Assembly (NCBI RefSeq): GCF_964355755.1
Contig: NC_092671.1
Location: 14,136,001-14,200,000, forward strand
DNA length: 64,000 nucleotides
Origin: Antedon mediterranea
Taxonomy: Eukaryota; Animalia; Echinodermata
Direction: 5' to 3'
Shown one piece after another: positions 29,901 through 41,320 of the stretch. Both the position numbers and the translations under genes were made by a program. The notes beneath the pieces were generated by a model. That model did no database searches and was not told the DNA's origin. It saw nothing but the letters and a program-made list of their open reading frames with translations. Each line of letters starts with the position of its first letter. The stretch's first letter is position 1.

Positions 29901-32637
29901 TAGCACTTATATTCAACGTTGCACTTGCTGCTGTTGACGACAGAATTAGCTTATTTACAGTGACCGATGTCGATTTCTGGTAAGCCACAACTAAAATCAT
30001 GGTCTACTTCAAGATTGTTTTATCAATCGCGTATTATTACAAATAATTAAAGATGTCCCCCTGAAAAAAATAATTCTTAAAACAATTTTTGTTCAATGTG
30101 CCATTTTTAATGTCACATTAGTTATGCACTTTGACCAATAAGTAGATCAAAACAAATATTATTTATCTGAAAAAACTGTAATTTAAAGCAAAAAAATAGT
30201 CAAATTGGCAACCAGGTTTTGGTTGAATTTAACCATTTATTTTGTCATTTTATAAGCGAAAATATTGATTAACTTGATTAAAACTACAAAATAACCTTAC
30301 ATATTCAATGATTGATTTTATACTGATTTTATTAATCTTCATTTTCATGTTTCTGAGAAACAATACATCTTTTAGTAGAAACTAATTTTTAAATTATTCT
30401 AGAATAGAGAGGCAGAGAACACAGAAATAGTCAGTGATGATGGCGAGTCATTACATTTGATGTATGAGCTGGCTCAGTGACATTTACATAACATTTACAC
30501 ATTTCTGAACGTTCTATATTAATTCATTTGCAAGTCAACATTGCATTTATTTTCAGCTTTGGTCATTGTTAAGAATAGTATAATGTGTTAATAATTAAGG
30601 CAGTGATTAATCTCAAATTTACTTTCCATGCATTTAAAGTGAATAATGAAATAAGCTTATTGAACTTATTGTTAGAGTTATTAACTTAAACAACTATTTA
30701 CTGATATATCTTTGATTTTGAGACCAAATATAATACAAACAAAAAAATTACAATATTATTTTGGGTTTTTTTAGTGACCCTCAAGATCATGAAGACACAC
30801 TATGGTAAGCCAAAGATTTCAATCATTCCAGTTTCAATAATAATACAAATCAATTTCAATAATAATCAATCAATTACATAGTTTGATGACAGAATACTTA
30901 CTCAAACATAGAATACAATATTATATGTATCCAGAATGTTCTTTGTGATATAAGATTTATTAAGCATACATATCCACTAATGCAGTAATGTCCGTAAACC
31001 TAACAAAACTACAAAATCTAGACAAAACCCATTGCATTCTAGACGCCTCTAAATTGTAATTATTGATAACCAATCAATGTCATAATTTTAGTAATGACAC
31101 AGTATATTTTTCATTACAGAATAAACAATTATCAACTGTAGAAATAGAGATACGTTGAAATGATTTATAGTGTTCTCCCCTTTTTTATTTATTAATTTCT
31201 TAACACTTTTTTTTTCTCACACATATGATTTACTTTCTTAATATATTTTCTAACCAACCATGAACCAACCAGTTTGCAATAACGAAGTGATAATTATACA
31301 TTTAATATATAATATTATATTCATATAGTAAAAATAAATTATTATGATTGTTGTTTTTATAGGCCACCTGATGATATTGAATCACGACTTTCAGCGTGGA
31401 GGGGTGTTAATCTTGTGAGGGCGCTACTTTCAATGTTTGGATGGTTATTAATAGCATTAGCTCCGATGACTGACTTCACAACTGGTAAGATTTCTGTCAA
31501 TTCTGTCTTAACATTACATGTGATTTTGCAGTTGATAATAAGATTTATTAAGCACACATATCCACTAATGCAGTAATGTCCGTAAACCTAAAAAAACTAC
31601 AAAATCTAGACAAAACCCATTGCATTCTAGCACAAAAATAACTCACATGTGTTCTCAGTTATGTGAGCATCTAACTAGTCAATTAACAACTATATAAAGT
31701 TATTATAATATCATTTTTCCATTTAATACAACTGTACCTGGTACTGTTGTTAATACAACTGTGTACCTGGTACTGTTGTTAATACAACTGTGTACCTGGT
31801 ACTGTTGTTAATACAACTGTGTACCTGGTACTGTTGTTAATACAACTGTGTACCTGGTACTGTTGTTAATACAACTGTGTACCTGGTACTGTTGTTAATA
31901 CAACTGTGTGCCTGGTACTGTTGTTAATACAACTGTGTGCCTGGTACTGTTGTTAATACAACTGTGTACCTGGTACTGTTGTTAATACAACTGTGTACCT
32001 GGTACTGTTGTTAATACAACTGTACCTGGTACTGTTGTTAATACAACTGTGTGCCTGGTACTGTTGTTAATACAACTGTGTACCTGGTACTGTTGTTAAT
32101 ACAACTGTGTACCTGGTACTGTTGTTAATACAACTGTGTACCTGGTACTGTTGTTAATACAACTGTGTACCTGGTACTGTTGTTAATACAACTGTGTACC
32201 TGGTACTGTTGTTAATACAACTGTGTACCTGGTACTGTTGTTAATACAACTGTACCTGGTACTGTTGTTAATACAACTATGTACCTGGTACTGTTGTTGG
32301 TCCCAGTCCTCCATAGAAATAGAAAGGCATACTATAAATTCTGTTACGTACTAGCAATTTTAAACATTAATAATGATCAACATTTAGTTGAATCATTTTT
32401 TTAATATACGGTCTGTAATTATTTGTTTCCATATACATCAATAAATGATATCCTTACTGTCATATATAATGCAGTTTTAGGTATTTTTTACTGAAAACCA
32501 TACAAATAAAGTAGAAATACATATTTAGTTTTAATTTACTTTCACTTTATTTTGTAGAGCATTTGTACGATAGTGAAGAACCATTGTGGGATGAACAACA
32601 ACAAACAGAGTTGCACCAGGTACAATCAAGCGCCTAG
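20914..32637 (+). CDS. TMEM237: Transmembrane protein 237 (ciliary transition-zone protein), ~471-481 aa
   Basis: Exons 20914-20931 (tentative), 21852-21906, 22714-22764, 22875-23102, 24194-24304, 24422-24503, 24908-24951, 25563-25697, 27783-27883, 28176-28399, 28821-28897, 29892-29979, [30775-30804], 31363-31484, 32558-32637 join in frame to TAG. Motifs RSLPPL, SQPIPRLFMERK, HGLLAGFALWQ, YYLLLALCTVSIFDRFD, LYFLALIF..DDRISLF, WRGVNLVRALL..GWLL match TMEM237. Confidence 0.92.
23140..23315 (-). mobile_element. RTE-clade LINE fragment (post-RT region)
   Basis: ARIGKAATTFGRLHARVWNNHNLTIKLKTHIYIACVLSVLLYCSESWTTY is the typical RTE motif (RI.KA...F.RL...VW...LLYGSE.W). Confidence 0.8.
25048..25308. 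mobile_element. Degenerate MITE of the AGATGTATTGTC family
   Basis: Starts AGATGTATTGTCTCCC, ends GGCAACAATCT-TTAA; related to 60031-60350. Confidence 0.5.
25342..25485. mobile_element. Short MITE, truncated at left (same family as 35030-35180)
   Basis: TCTACACTATCAAAC...GTTTGATAGTGTAGACAGAGCTT; inverted relative to the 35030 copy. Confidence 0.65.
25734..27317. mobile_element. Kolobok-like TTAA-flanked non-autonomous DNA transposon (~1.6 kb) in a TMEM237 intron
   Basis: TIR AGGGGGATTCTGGGTTTAAA / TTTAAACCCGGAACCCCCCT; TTAA at 25730-25733 and 27318-27321; CpG-rich interior. Confidence 0.75.
30051..30370. mobile_element. Degenerate MITE of the AGATGTATTGTC family
   Basis: TTAA-AGATGT...ACAATACATCT-TTTA; 320 bp, the same length as the 60031 copy. 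Confidence 0.55.
31723..32298 (+). repeat. 29-bp minisatellite (GTACCTGGTACTGTTGTTAATACAACTGT), about 20 copies
   Basis: Direct tandem copies with no spacers; occasional 27-bp units; last intron of TMEM237. Confidence 0.97.
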
Positions 32638-32709
32638 TCTGAACTGACTTTGTTGTGGGGAGGTTTCAATTTGCAGAAACCAATGCATTGTGTTGTTTGT
32701 CATCACTTA

Positions 32710-33336
32710 AGGCCAATTTACACAGACGAGCGGTAACGGTAAGCGGTAATTGTAAGCGAAAAACCGCGTGGCTTTTCCCATTTACACAGCGCGCGGAGTT
32801 CGCGAACAGAGTGGTGGAAAGTAGGTGCGTGTAGGCCTCGAGGCTAATGCATGTTACAGTCACTGCTGGCCTGGATGTGACTGACTGTCAGTAGGCCTAG
32901 CACACACAGGCCTAAGTTTTAGAGGGAATTGTTGCCTAATAACGTACTAAAATGTATATTTTCTTTTCACTATCCTTATACGAACATTAGTCATCGTCGT
33001 AGGTGTTTGTATTTCTGAATAAAAAGAAGAAGAAACTATAGGCTAGGCCTACTACGGCACTCGTATTTATTGTCGTCTTTCACTCGACGGACGCAAACAA
33101 AATTTGTTGATAGATGACGTCATTTCAATCATGTCGTTGGTTGGCCAGAATCCATAATTACCGCGCGGTATTTTCACAAAATCGAATCTGTTTCGATCCT
33201 GAGCGGATTTCCGCTCAACCGCTCGTCCGCTCCGCGTTCTGTGTAAATGGTCATAAGAAATAACATAGATTCTATTTTTGCGTTTTCCGATCACCTTTAC
33301 CGCTTACCGTTACCGCTCGTCTGTGTAAATTGGCCT
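32710..33336. mobile_element. PIF/Harbinger-like MITE just after the TMEM237 stop codon
   Basis: Perfect ~38-bp TIR AGGCCAATTTACACAGACGAGCGGTAACGGTAAGCGGT and its reverse complement; TTA TSD. Confidence 0.88.
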
Positions 33337-34587
33337 TTACAGTAGGCCTAGAGTCCATCAATACTTTGTACTGTCAAAGAAATCATGGGAGGAAGCACAC
33401 CTCAATGTCCCTGCATGTGAACATATGAATTAACATAGCATAACTAATATCTAGGTACTACTGTAGGTCATCAAAATTTGAATTCAAACAGATAATGTGC
33501 CAATTATTTTAATGTTTTCTTTCATGTTTTAATGTATGGAAACATTGGTAGCAACCACTGCTGTAAAACCTTGGCATACATTTTGCAATTTCAGTTTTAT
33601 ATATGTAGATTGTGATGTAAATTTTAATTGACGGACTATAGAGTACCACCAATGTTTTGTATATATTGCCTTGTACAGTACTTTTAAGAGTGTTACACCT
33701 TTTAACAACAAAGTCATTTTAATAATATTTATCATAGATATGTAGTGTTTTTATACAAAGCGTTACCACCAAATGTTTAAATTTGTATAAATTGATGTAC
33801 GTTTTAGTGGTTAGTATTGTGATATTATATATTTTAAATCTCTATACCAAGGCATTCCATGTTGTAGTGTAAGTAATAATTGTCTACTGTATCTTATTTA
33901 AAGCAATTGTAATAACCATCCAAACGTAAAATTCATTCCATAAAATTAGTTATGTTTCAATTAATGGAATATAATAGATCCAAATTCAAGGACCATTTTT
34001 CATGTCTTTTTAATCTTATCTCGAAACCAAAGCTTATTGCATAAAATAAGTTTATTAGAGGGAATACTGTAACATTAATGATTAACAAGAAAATACATTG
34101 GGACAATATACTATTTACTCCTTCACTATTCACTAAACTAAATTATATTTATTAGTGTCTAATGTTAAATTTAAGGGCATAATGGAATGTATAAATAATG
34201 CAAAAATATGAAGATTTTTTGTGAGTTGAGTCCAAAATTTACTACTAAACTACTTTGACACTATGATCCTTTTAAACCAATAATATATTTATATCTTAGC
34301 CTGTCTCATATGTTTAATTAAGCTCATACATTTATCGCATCATTGCACAAGTGTAATAAGTGCTACTTTAATTTAGTATGATGATTAATTATTAAAAATT
34401 AATTTATTACATCATTGGGCAGTGGTAAAATAAATGGCTTGGCTTTGTCAATTTATCAAATGTTTTAAATATTTTGATAATAAACTTTACAAAACGTTTA
34501 CAGTTCTATTCTATCAAATCTTTATTACTCTTTTTGAAATCACATTTGGAATGTTTAAATTGGTTTTTTTGTTTAACATTTACAAAA

Positions 34588-36405
34588 TTATTCACAGAAA
34601 CCGTGAATATGTTTATAACGACTCGATACATGTCTAATTTCCTGTTGTACTGGAAACTTCCGCGCATTTATAGATTGTTCGTAGATGTGTCGTCCACCGT
34701 AACGTCCGCCACTAGTTAACGTTGCATCAGTAGCTGAAAGATAATGTTTATTTTCTAAGAATGCATAAAATATTTGCAGTAGTATACAACTTCGCATTTA
34801 CTAGGACAATTTATTAACGATTGTGAGCATAACAGTATTACCTTTATGGTATGGATGCTGTATAGTATGCAAGGACCTAGGAACTATTTAATTGTCATGT
34901 TCAATTCATTGTGTGCATACAGAAATGATTCAGTACAGTCACAGTTTTTAATATTCTGGGTATAGGCTTCAACTAATAACACAATATGTGTAGGTTGAAG
35001 GCTTTCTATTCTAGTGACTATGCAGTATAAAGCTCTGTACACTATTAAACTTTATGTGATAAAAAAATATGATATGCCCATATATGGACATGGTCACTAC
35101 CATATTTGGCAATATCACTACCCTATTTGGGCACATCACACTTTTTTTTTCAAACTAGTTTGATAATGTAGACAGAGCTTTAATCATGTACACTACCTTA
35201 TATAGACATCTAACCTACCTGAATTCATTGCACCTGGTTTCCCAGAATAATCGGGAATGTCATGAACACTTGGCATCGTGTGCACCCCAGAAACATGACC
35301 ATTGACCAAAGGTGGTTGTGTACGAGGTTGAATATTATCCCGTCTTGCAATTGTGCACTCATTGGGAAGAGGACGTCTGATGTCGGGGTCATCTAAAGGT
35401 CCTGTACCAGGTGACCACTGTAGCGAGCCGTAAAGTGGCGCTGAAAGTCGATGAACTTGTGATGTCTGGTTTAATGCATCTGTTACATTGGGAGCAATTT
35501 GCTGGAAAAATGATCAGAGAAGTGTAAACATAACAAATTATTACAGTCTAGTATTTATAATATTCATTTTTTGGTCTAATGTAACAATTACCTTATTATC
35601 ACCTTTTACTACCATTAATTCAAAAATGATATTCTGTTCATTTTCAAAATACAATACATAATGTAAACAAATTCACTACTATCAACTAACCAGTCGGAAG
35701 TTTCTAATCTCTTGCAAATGTTTATCACATAGATGATCCCAGTATGCTTGATCCAGGACTCTAACGTTCCTGCTTGCATTACAGCACGTCTCTTTGTAGT
35801 CTACTAAGGCATGTGCTAATTGTGACAATTTGGTTATTAGATCTGTGAAAAAAAAAAGTTTACAAATGTAAAAAAATGTACTATTACAATTTTGGTCGAA
35901 CTTTACATTAGACACAGTGTCAACCATGGCGATAGAAAATAATAAATAGGCATGGTTGATAAAATATATATTATTGTTAATGTTATGTGCAATTTAAATG
36001 AAAGTCACTACAATTAATACCATAGTAATAATGTTTATTTTACTGTTCTTTCAATGCCACACACTCTAACTTACATTTACTCTCAGACTCAAAATCAGCT
36101 TTCCAAAAATGATGATGATAATTATCTCTTGTCTCTTCATAAGATGAATCTCTAGCTAATTCTTGGAAGTCTATTTTGAGTGCTTCAAGTTCAGCCTGCA
36201 GTTCTGTCGTTTTATAATACTGAACATCATCTAATATTGCACACACATGCTGCATAACTATACGTATAACATTATGCAGTGAATCTGCAGATGTTACATG
36301 GTCAACTAGGCTGTTGCTATTGTTGCTATGACTAACGCCAACCAGCCTCTGAGGCTTGTCTACCGGGGGCCTCACAGCTGGTACAGGTGCTGTTCTTGTT
36401 GACAT
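34588..36405 (-). CDS. Uncharacterised protein A (~303 aa, 4 coding exons), paralogue of protein B
   Basis: Exons 36405-36075, 35842-35691, 35501-35219, 34733-34588; GT-AG introns of phase 1,0,1; 912 nt open to TAA; probable non-coding first exon ending near 36562. Confidence 0.82.
35030..35180. mobile_element. ~150-bp MITE
   Basis: AAGCTCTGT(CT)ACACTATTAAACT...AGTTTGATAATGTAGACAGAGCTT, TA-flanked. Confidence 0.7.
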
Positions 36406-36639
36406 TAATTATCGATGATGTTCTCGGCTAACAAACAAGTAAGGCTTTTAACTAATCTGTAAAACATGAATTTGGAAGTTATTTTAACTTCTTCTGATTT
36501 ATTATATAATGAGAATCTAGTAAACATATAATTCAACATAAAATATATAAAACAATTTTACCATATGTGGTGTTTTCAAAGGTAAATGCCGTCAACGTCT
36601 TTCACGTTTTGTGTGTTGTTTTCGTTTCCCGTCGCGAAT

Positions 36640-36870
36640 GTAAACACCCTCCTTCAAGAATTTTATAAAAGTACCATTATTATTTAATCGTATAAAATTA
36701 ATAAAATGTATTCTAACATTAATTAAAATTTCAAATAAAATTATTAAAAATAATAGCTAATTTTATAATATATTTTTCTACAATTGCGTGTATTTTTTTT
36801 GTTAGATATAACTATTTTAGTTTTTGAGGTCATGGGTTACAAATCGACATGGTAACGGATATAAACAATA
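36640..36870. promoter_or_regulatory. Bidirectional promoter with X-box-like and forkhead-like motifs
   Basis: ATCGACATGGTAAC (36843-36856, imperfect RFX X-box), GTAAACA (36640), ATAAACA (36861) between two divergent genes. Confidence 0.4.
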
Positions 36871-36965
36871 CGATTTACACATGTTTGATCAATTCGATTT
36901 GATCACACAGCACACGAAAAGGAGGTTGTTCTTTTCGGTTACATTTCGGTAATTTATGTTGGAAA

Positions 36966-38439
36966 ATGACATCGGCTAATCCAGCTACGTTGCAAACAAG
37001 AAATGAATTTCGTAATTCTTGCACAAGTGTTCTTCAGGGATTGGAATGTCTTCATCGACAACGAATTGTTATGAATGACCAAATGCCAGACGTGTTGGCT
37101 GAACTTGGTACTCGTGTGAGTGTACTCATGACTCATGTTGACAATGATACAGACTACCACATTGATGGACCTCTTGTTAGATGTAAGTACAGTGAGTCTA
37201 CATATGCCTAAATTACCAACAAATTTACTACCTGTAATTTTTCCATTATTTGTTCATTAGTCGTTTAGAATCTGTGTCTCTGTGGGATGAAGTACAACTA
37301 CAAGGCCTATCGTACTGCAATTTTATTCAATTCTAGTTCAGCGGCCGACTCAAGAAAATTCACCTTATTTTTTTTATTCACCAGATCTAACAGCTGAAAC
37401 TAGAAAAGCACAGGCAATTATACAGGAAATGAAAAGAACATGCAACGAATCAAATCTTCATATTTGTGGAGAAGCATATGTGGAACAACACATAAATCAA
37501 CATCTCAAAGAAATACAGTCAGTTTCAAAGGTGGGTTAACCTCCTAAATGGGTTCGTTCGTCGTGGTTGTAATTATTATTAACATGACATAGGCTAGTCA
37601 TTAATAGTCGTAAGGCATATAACAACATTTATAAACATACATTTTTCGAGTAACTTTTATTTACATACAATTTTTATATTTATTACAGGATTTAGAACAA
37701 TATTATAATGATGCTGTTTACAAGAAAGACACAGCTGTACCACCCCCAGTCGAAGTCCAATCCCCCTGGCCACCTAGATATGTCCCTCCAGAACAGATAG
37801 ACAACAAATATAGATCAACTCTTAAAACATCTGAATCCCAAAAAAACGTACGATTTAGTCCTCAAAATATTCAATCATCAGTTAATCAACGAGAAGAGAT
37901 GATGACGACACAAGATGTTTTACGTTCTGAAGCAATGAACCCTACCCCTGCAGCAGCAGCAGCAGCAACAACAGGGATGGGGTATAGAATGTCCACTGCA
38001 TCAATCCCAGGATCATTTGAGCATATGCATGAAATGTCTAAAACTCATCCAATTCATTCAGATAGCTGGCCTGAGAATACCACAACTCCCACAAGCGTCT
38101 TCGATAGGAAAAAGCCACCACTAGGTATTGTAAAACATTCTTAAATAAAATAAGTTATTTGCGTTATAAGCGGAGGTCCAAGTGCTTGTTTGATTTAGGC
38201 CCTAAGGCCCTACTTGTTATTTTAAAAATTTGTTTTAAAGTAATAATGATTACCATCATCATTTGTTTCCGTTATTTTTTTTCACAGTTTATCCAGGCCT
38301 CCGAGACATGCATAACTACAGAAATTTACCGCAATTTACTGGCCTTAACCTGCCTGTTCCTACATACCCAAGTGGAGAGCTTGGACTACGAGCTCCACAT
38401 GTTCAGCATTGGGATCATCACAATAATGTTAGATACTAA
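36966..38439 (+). CDS. Uncharacterised protein B (~316 aa, 4 coding exons), paralogue of protein A
   Basis: Exons 36966-37182, 37385-37530, 37689-38124, 38288-38439; GT-AG introns of phase 1,0,1; 951 nt open to TAA; Pro-rich C-terminal half. Confidence 0.85.
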
Positions 38440-41248
38440 AAACAAAAACGTATCAACACTTGTAAAAACAAAACACAATATGATCGATGGATGTTTAAAC
38501 TAAAAGTCACTGTACTGTATTAATAAGATCACTTTATTATTTTTAAAATATGATTTTTACATAAATATTATGTATAACTATAAAACAAAGCAGTTTGAGT
38601 GTTTTATATCCGATTTTGAGTTTTGTCTTTTCTTAGAATAATTTAATGAACTCCATTTCACTGCTATTTTAATATATAGGCCTATTATTATAATGAAGGC
38701 TAAGTCTAATAATTTTTTGCACCATTTTGGATCTCAAGAAAGTGTGTTTTGGGGAAAGTGTTTTACTTACAACGAAGAAGATATAGGTCAGTGGTAGAGC
38801 ATTCGACTGCTGATCGAGAGGTCCCTGGTTCATATCCGGGTTTTCACTCTTATTATATATTAATTTAGGCTAATTAATGATAATAACAACAGCACATTAA
38901 TCCATATTAAACGCAGGGTATATAGCTCAATGGTAGAGCATTCGACTGCAGATTGAGAGGTCCCTGGTTCCATCAAATCCGGGTGTCCCCTGTTATTATA
39001 TTAGTTTAGGCTAATTGATGATAATAAAAACAGCACATTATTCCATATAAAGCTCAGTGGTAGAGCATTATTGACTACAGATCGAGAGGTCCTTGGTTCA
39101 AATCCGGGTGTCCCCTCCTATTATATTAGTTTAGGCTAATTGATGATAATAAAAACAGAACATTATTCCATATAAAACGAAGGGGATATAGCTCAGTGGT
39201 AGAGCATTCGACTGCAGATCGAGAGGTCCCTGGTTGACATCCGGGTGTCCCCTCTTATTATATTTATTTAGGCTAATTGATAATAATAAAAACAGCACAT
39301 TATTCCAAATAAAAAGCAGGGGATTTAGCTCAGTGGTAGAGCATTCGACTGCAGATCGAGAGGTCCCTGGTTCAAATCTGGGTGTCCCCTCCTATTATAT
39401 TAGTTTAGGCTAATTGATGATGATAAAAACAGCACATTATACCATACAAAACGCGGAGGAAATAGCTTAGCGGAAAAGCATTCTGCAGATCGAGTGGTCC
39501 CTGGTTCAAATCCGGGTGTCCCCTTTTATTATATTAGTTTAGGCTAATTAATGATAATAAAAACAGCACATTTTTTCATACAAAACGCAGGGGATATAGC
39601 TCGGTGGTAGAGCATTCGACTGCAGATCGAGAGGTCCCTGGTTCAAATCTGTGTGTCCCCTCTTATTATATTAATTTAGGCTAATTGATGATAATAAAAA
39701 TAGCACATTATTCCATATAAAACGCATGGGATATAGCTAAGTGGTAGAGCATTTGACTTCAGATCAAGACGTCCCTGGCTCAAATCTGGGTGTCCACTTT
39801 CATTATATTAGTTTAGGCTAATTGATTATAATAAAAACAGCACATTATTCCATATAAACCGTAGGGGAAATTCGTAGTAGAGCATTCGACTGCAGATCGA
39901 GAGGTCCTTCGTTCAAATCTGGGTGTCCCCTTCCGTCGTTATATTAGTTTAGGCTTATTGATTATAATAAAAAAAGCACATTATTCCATATAAATCGCAG
40001 GGGATATAGCTCAGTGGTAGAGCATTCGACTGCAGATCGAGAGGTCGCTGGTTCAAATCCGGGTGTCCCCTTTTATTATATTAAATTAGGCTAATTGATG
40101 ATAATAAAAACAGCACATTATTCCATACAAAACGCAGGGGATATAGCTCAGTGGTAGCGCATTCGACTGCAGATCGAGAGGTCCCTTGTTCAAATCCGGT
40201 TGTCCCCTGTTATTATATTAGTTTAGGCTAATTGATGAGAATAAAAACAGCACATTATTCAATATAAAACGCAGGGGACATAGCTAAGTGGTAGAGCATT
40301 CGATTGCAGATCGAGAGGTTCCTGGTTCAAATCCGGTTTACCCCTGTTATTATATTAGTTTAGGCTAATTGATGACAATAAAAACAGCATATTATTCCAT
40401 ATAAATCACAGGGGACATAGCTCAGTGGTAGAGCATTCGACTGCAGATCGAGAGGTCCCTTGCTCAAATCCGGGTGTCCCTTTCTATTATATTATTTTAA
40501 GCTAATTGATGATACTAAAACAGCACATTATTCCATATAAATCACAGGGGACAAATCACAGGGGACATAGCTCAGTGGTAGAGCATTCGACTGCTGCAGA
40601 TCGAGAGGTCCCTGGTTCAAATCCGGGTGTCCCCTCTTATTATATTAATTTAGGCTAATTGATGATAATAAAAACAGCACATTATTCCATGTAAAACGAA
40701 TGGGATATAGCTAAGTGGTAGAGCATTTGACTTCAGATCAAGACGTCCCTGGTTCAAATCTGGATGTCCCCTTCCATTATATTAGTTTAGGCTAATTGAT
40801 TATAATAAAAAGAGCACATTTTTCAATATAAACCGCAGGGGATATAGCTCAGTGGTAGAGCATTCGACTGCAGATCGAGAGATCCCTGGTTCAAATCCGG
40901 GTATCCCCTCTTATTATATTAATTTAGGCTAATTGATGATAATAAAAACAGCACATTATTCAATATAAACCGCAGGGGATATAGCTCAGTGGAAGAACAA
41001 TCGACTGCAGATCAAGACGTCCCTGGTTCAAATCCGGGTGTCCTCTCTTATTATATTAATTTGGGCTAATTGATGATAATAAAAACAGCACATTATTCCA
41101 TATAAATCGCAGGGGATATAGCTCAGTGGAAGAGCAATCGACTGCAGATCAAGACGTCCCTGGTTCAAATCCGGGTGTCCTCTCTTATTATATTAATTTG
41201 GGCTAATTGATGATAATAAAAACAGCACATTATTCCATATAAATCGCA

Positions 41249-41320
41249 GGGGATATAGCTCAGTGGTAGAGCATTCGACTGCAGATCGAGAGGTCCCTGG
41301 TTCAAATCCGGGTGTCCCCT
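41249..41320 (+). tRNA. tRNA-Cys: Representative intact tRNA-Cys(GCA)
   Basis: Consensus copy: acceptor GGGGATA/TGTCCCC, D-stem GCTC/GAGC, anticodon stem TTCGA/TCGAG, T-stem CCTGG/CCGGG. Confidence 0.95.

Noticed and set aside
30403-30480. Exon-like purine-rich stretch in a TMEM237 intron
   Set aside because: Joining to the phase-2 donor creates TGA immediately; no similarity support.
31723-32298. 29-bp partly palindromic repeat resembling a CRISPR repeat
   Set aside because: No spacers, no cas genes, located in a eukaryotic intron.
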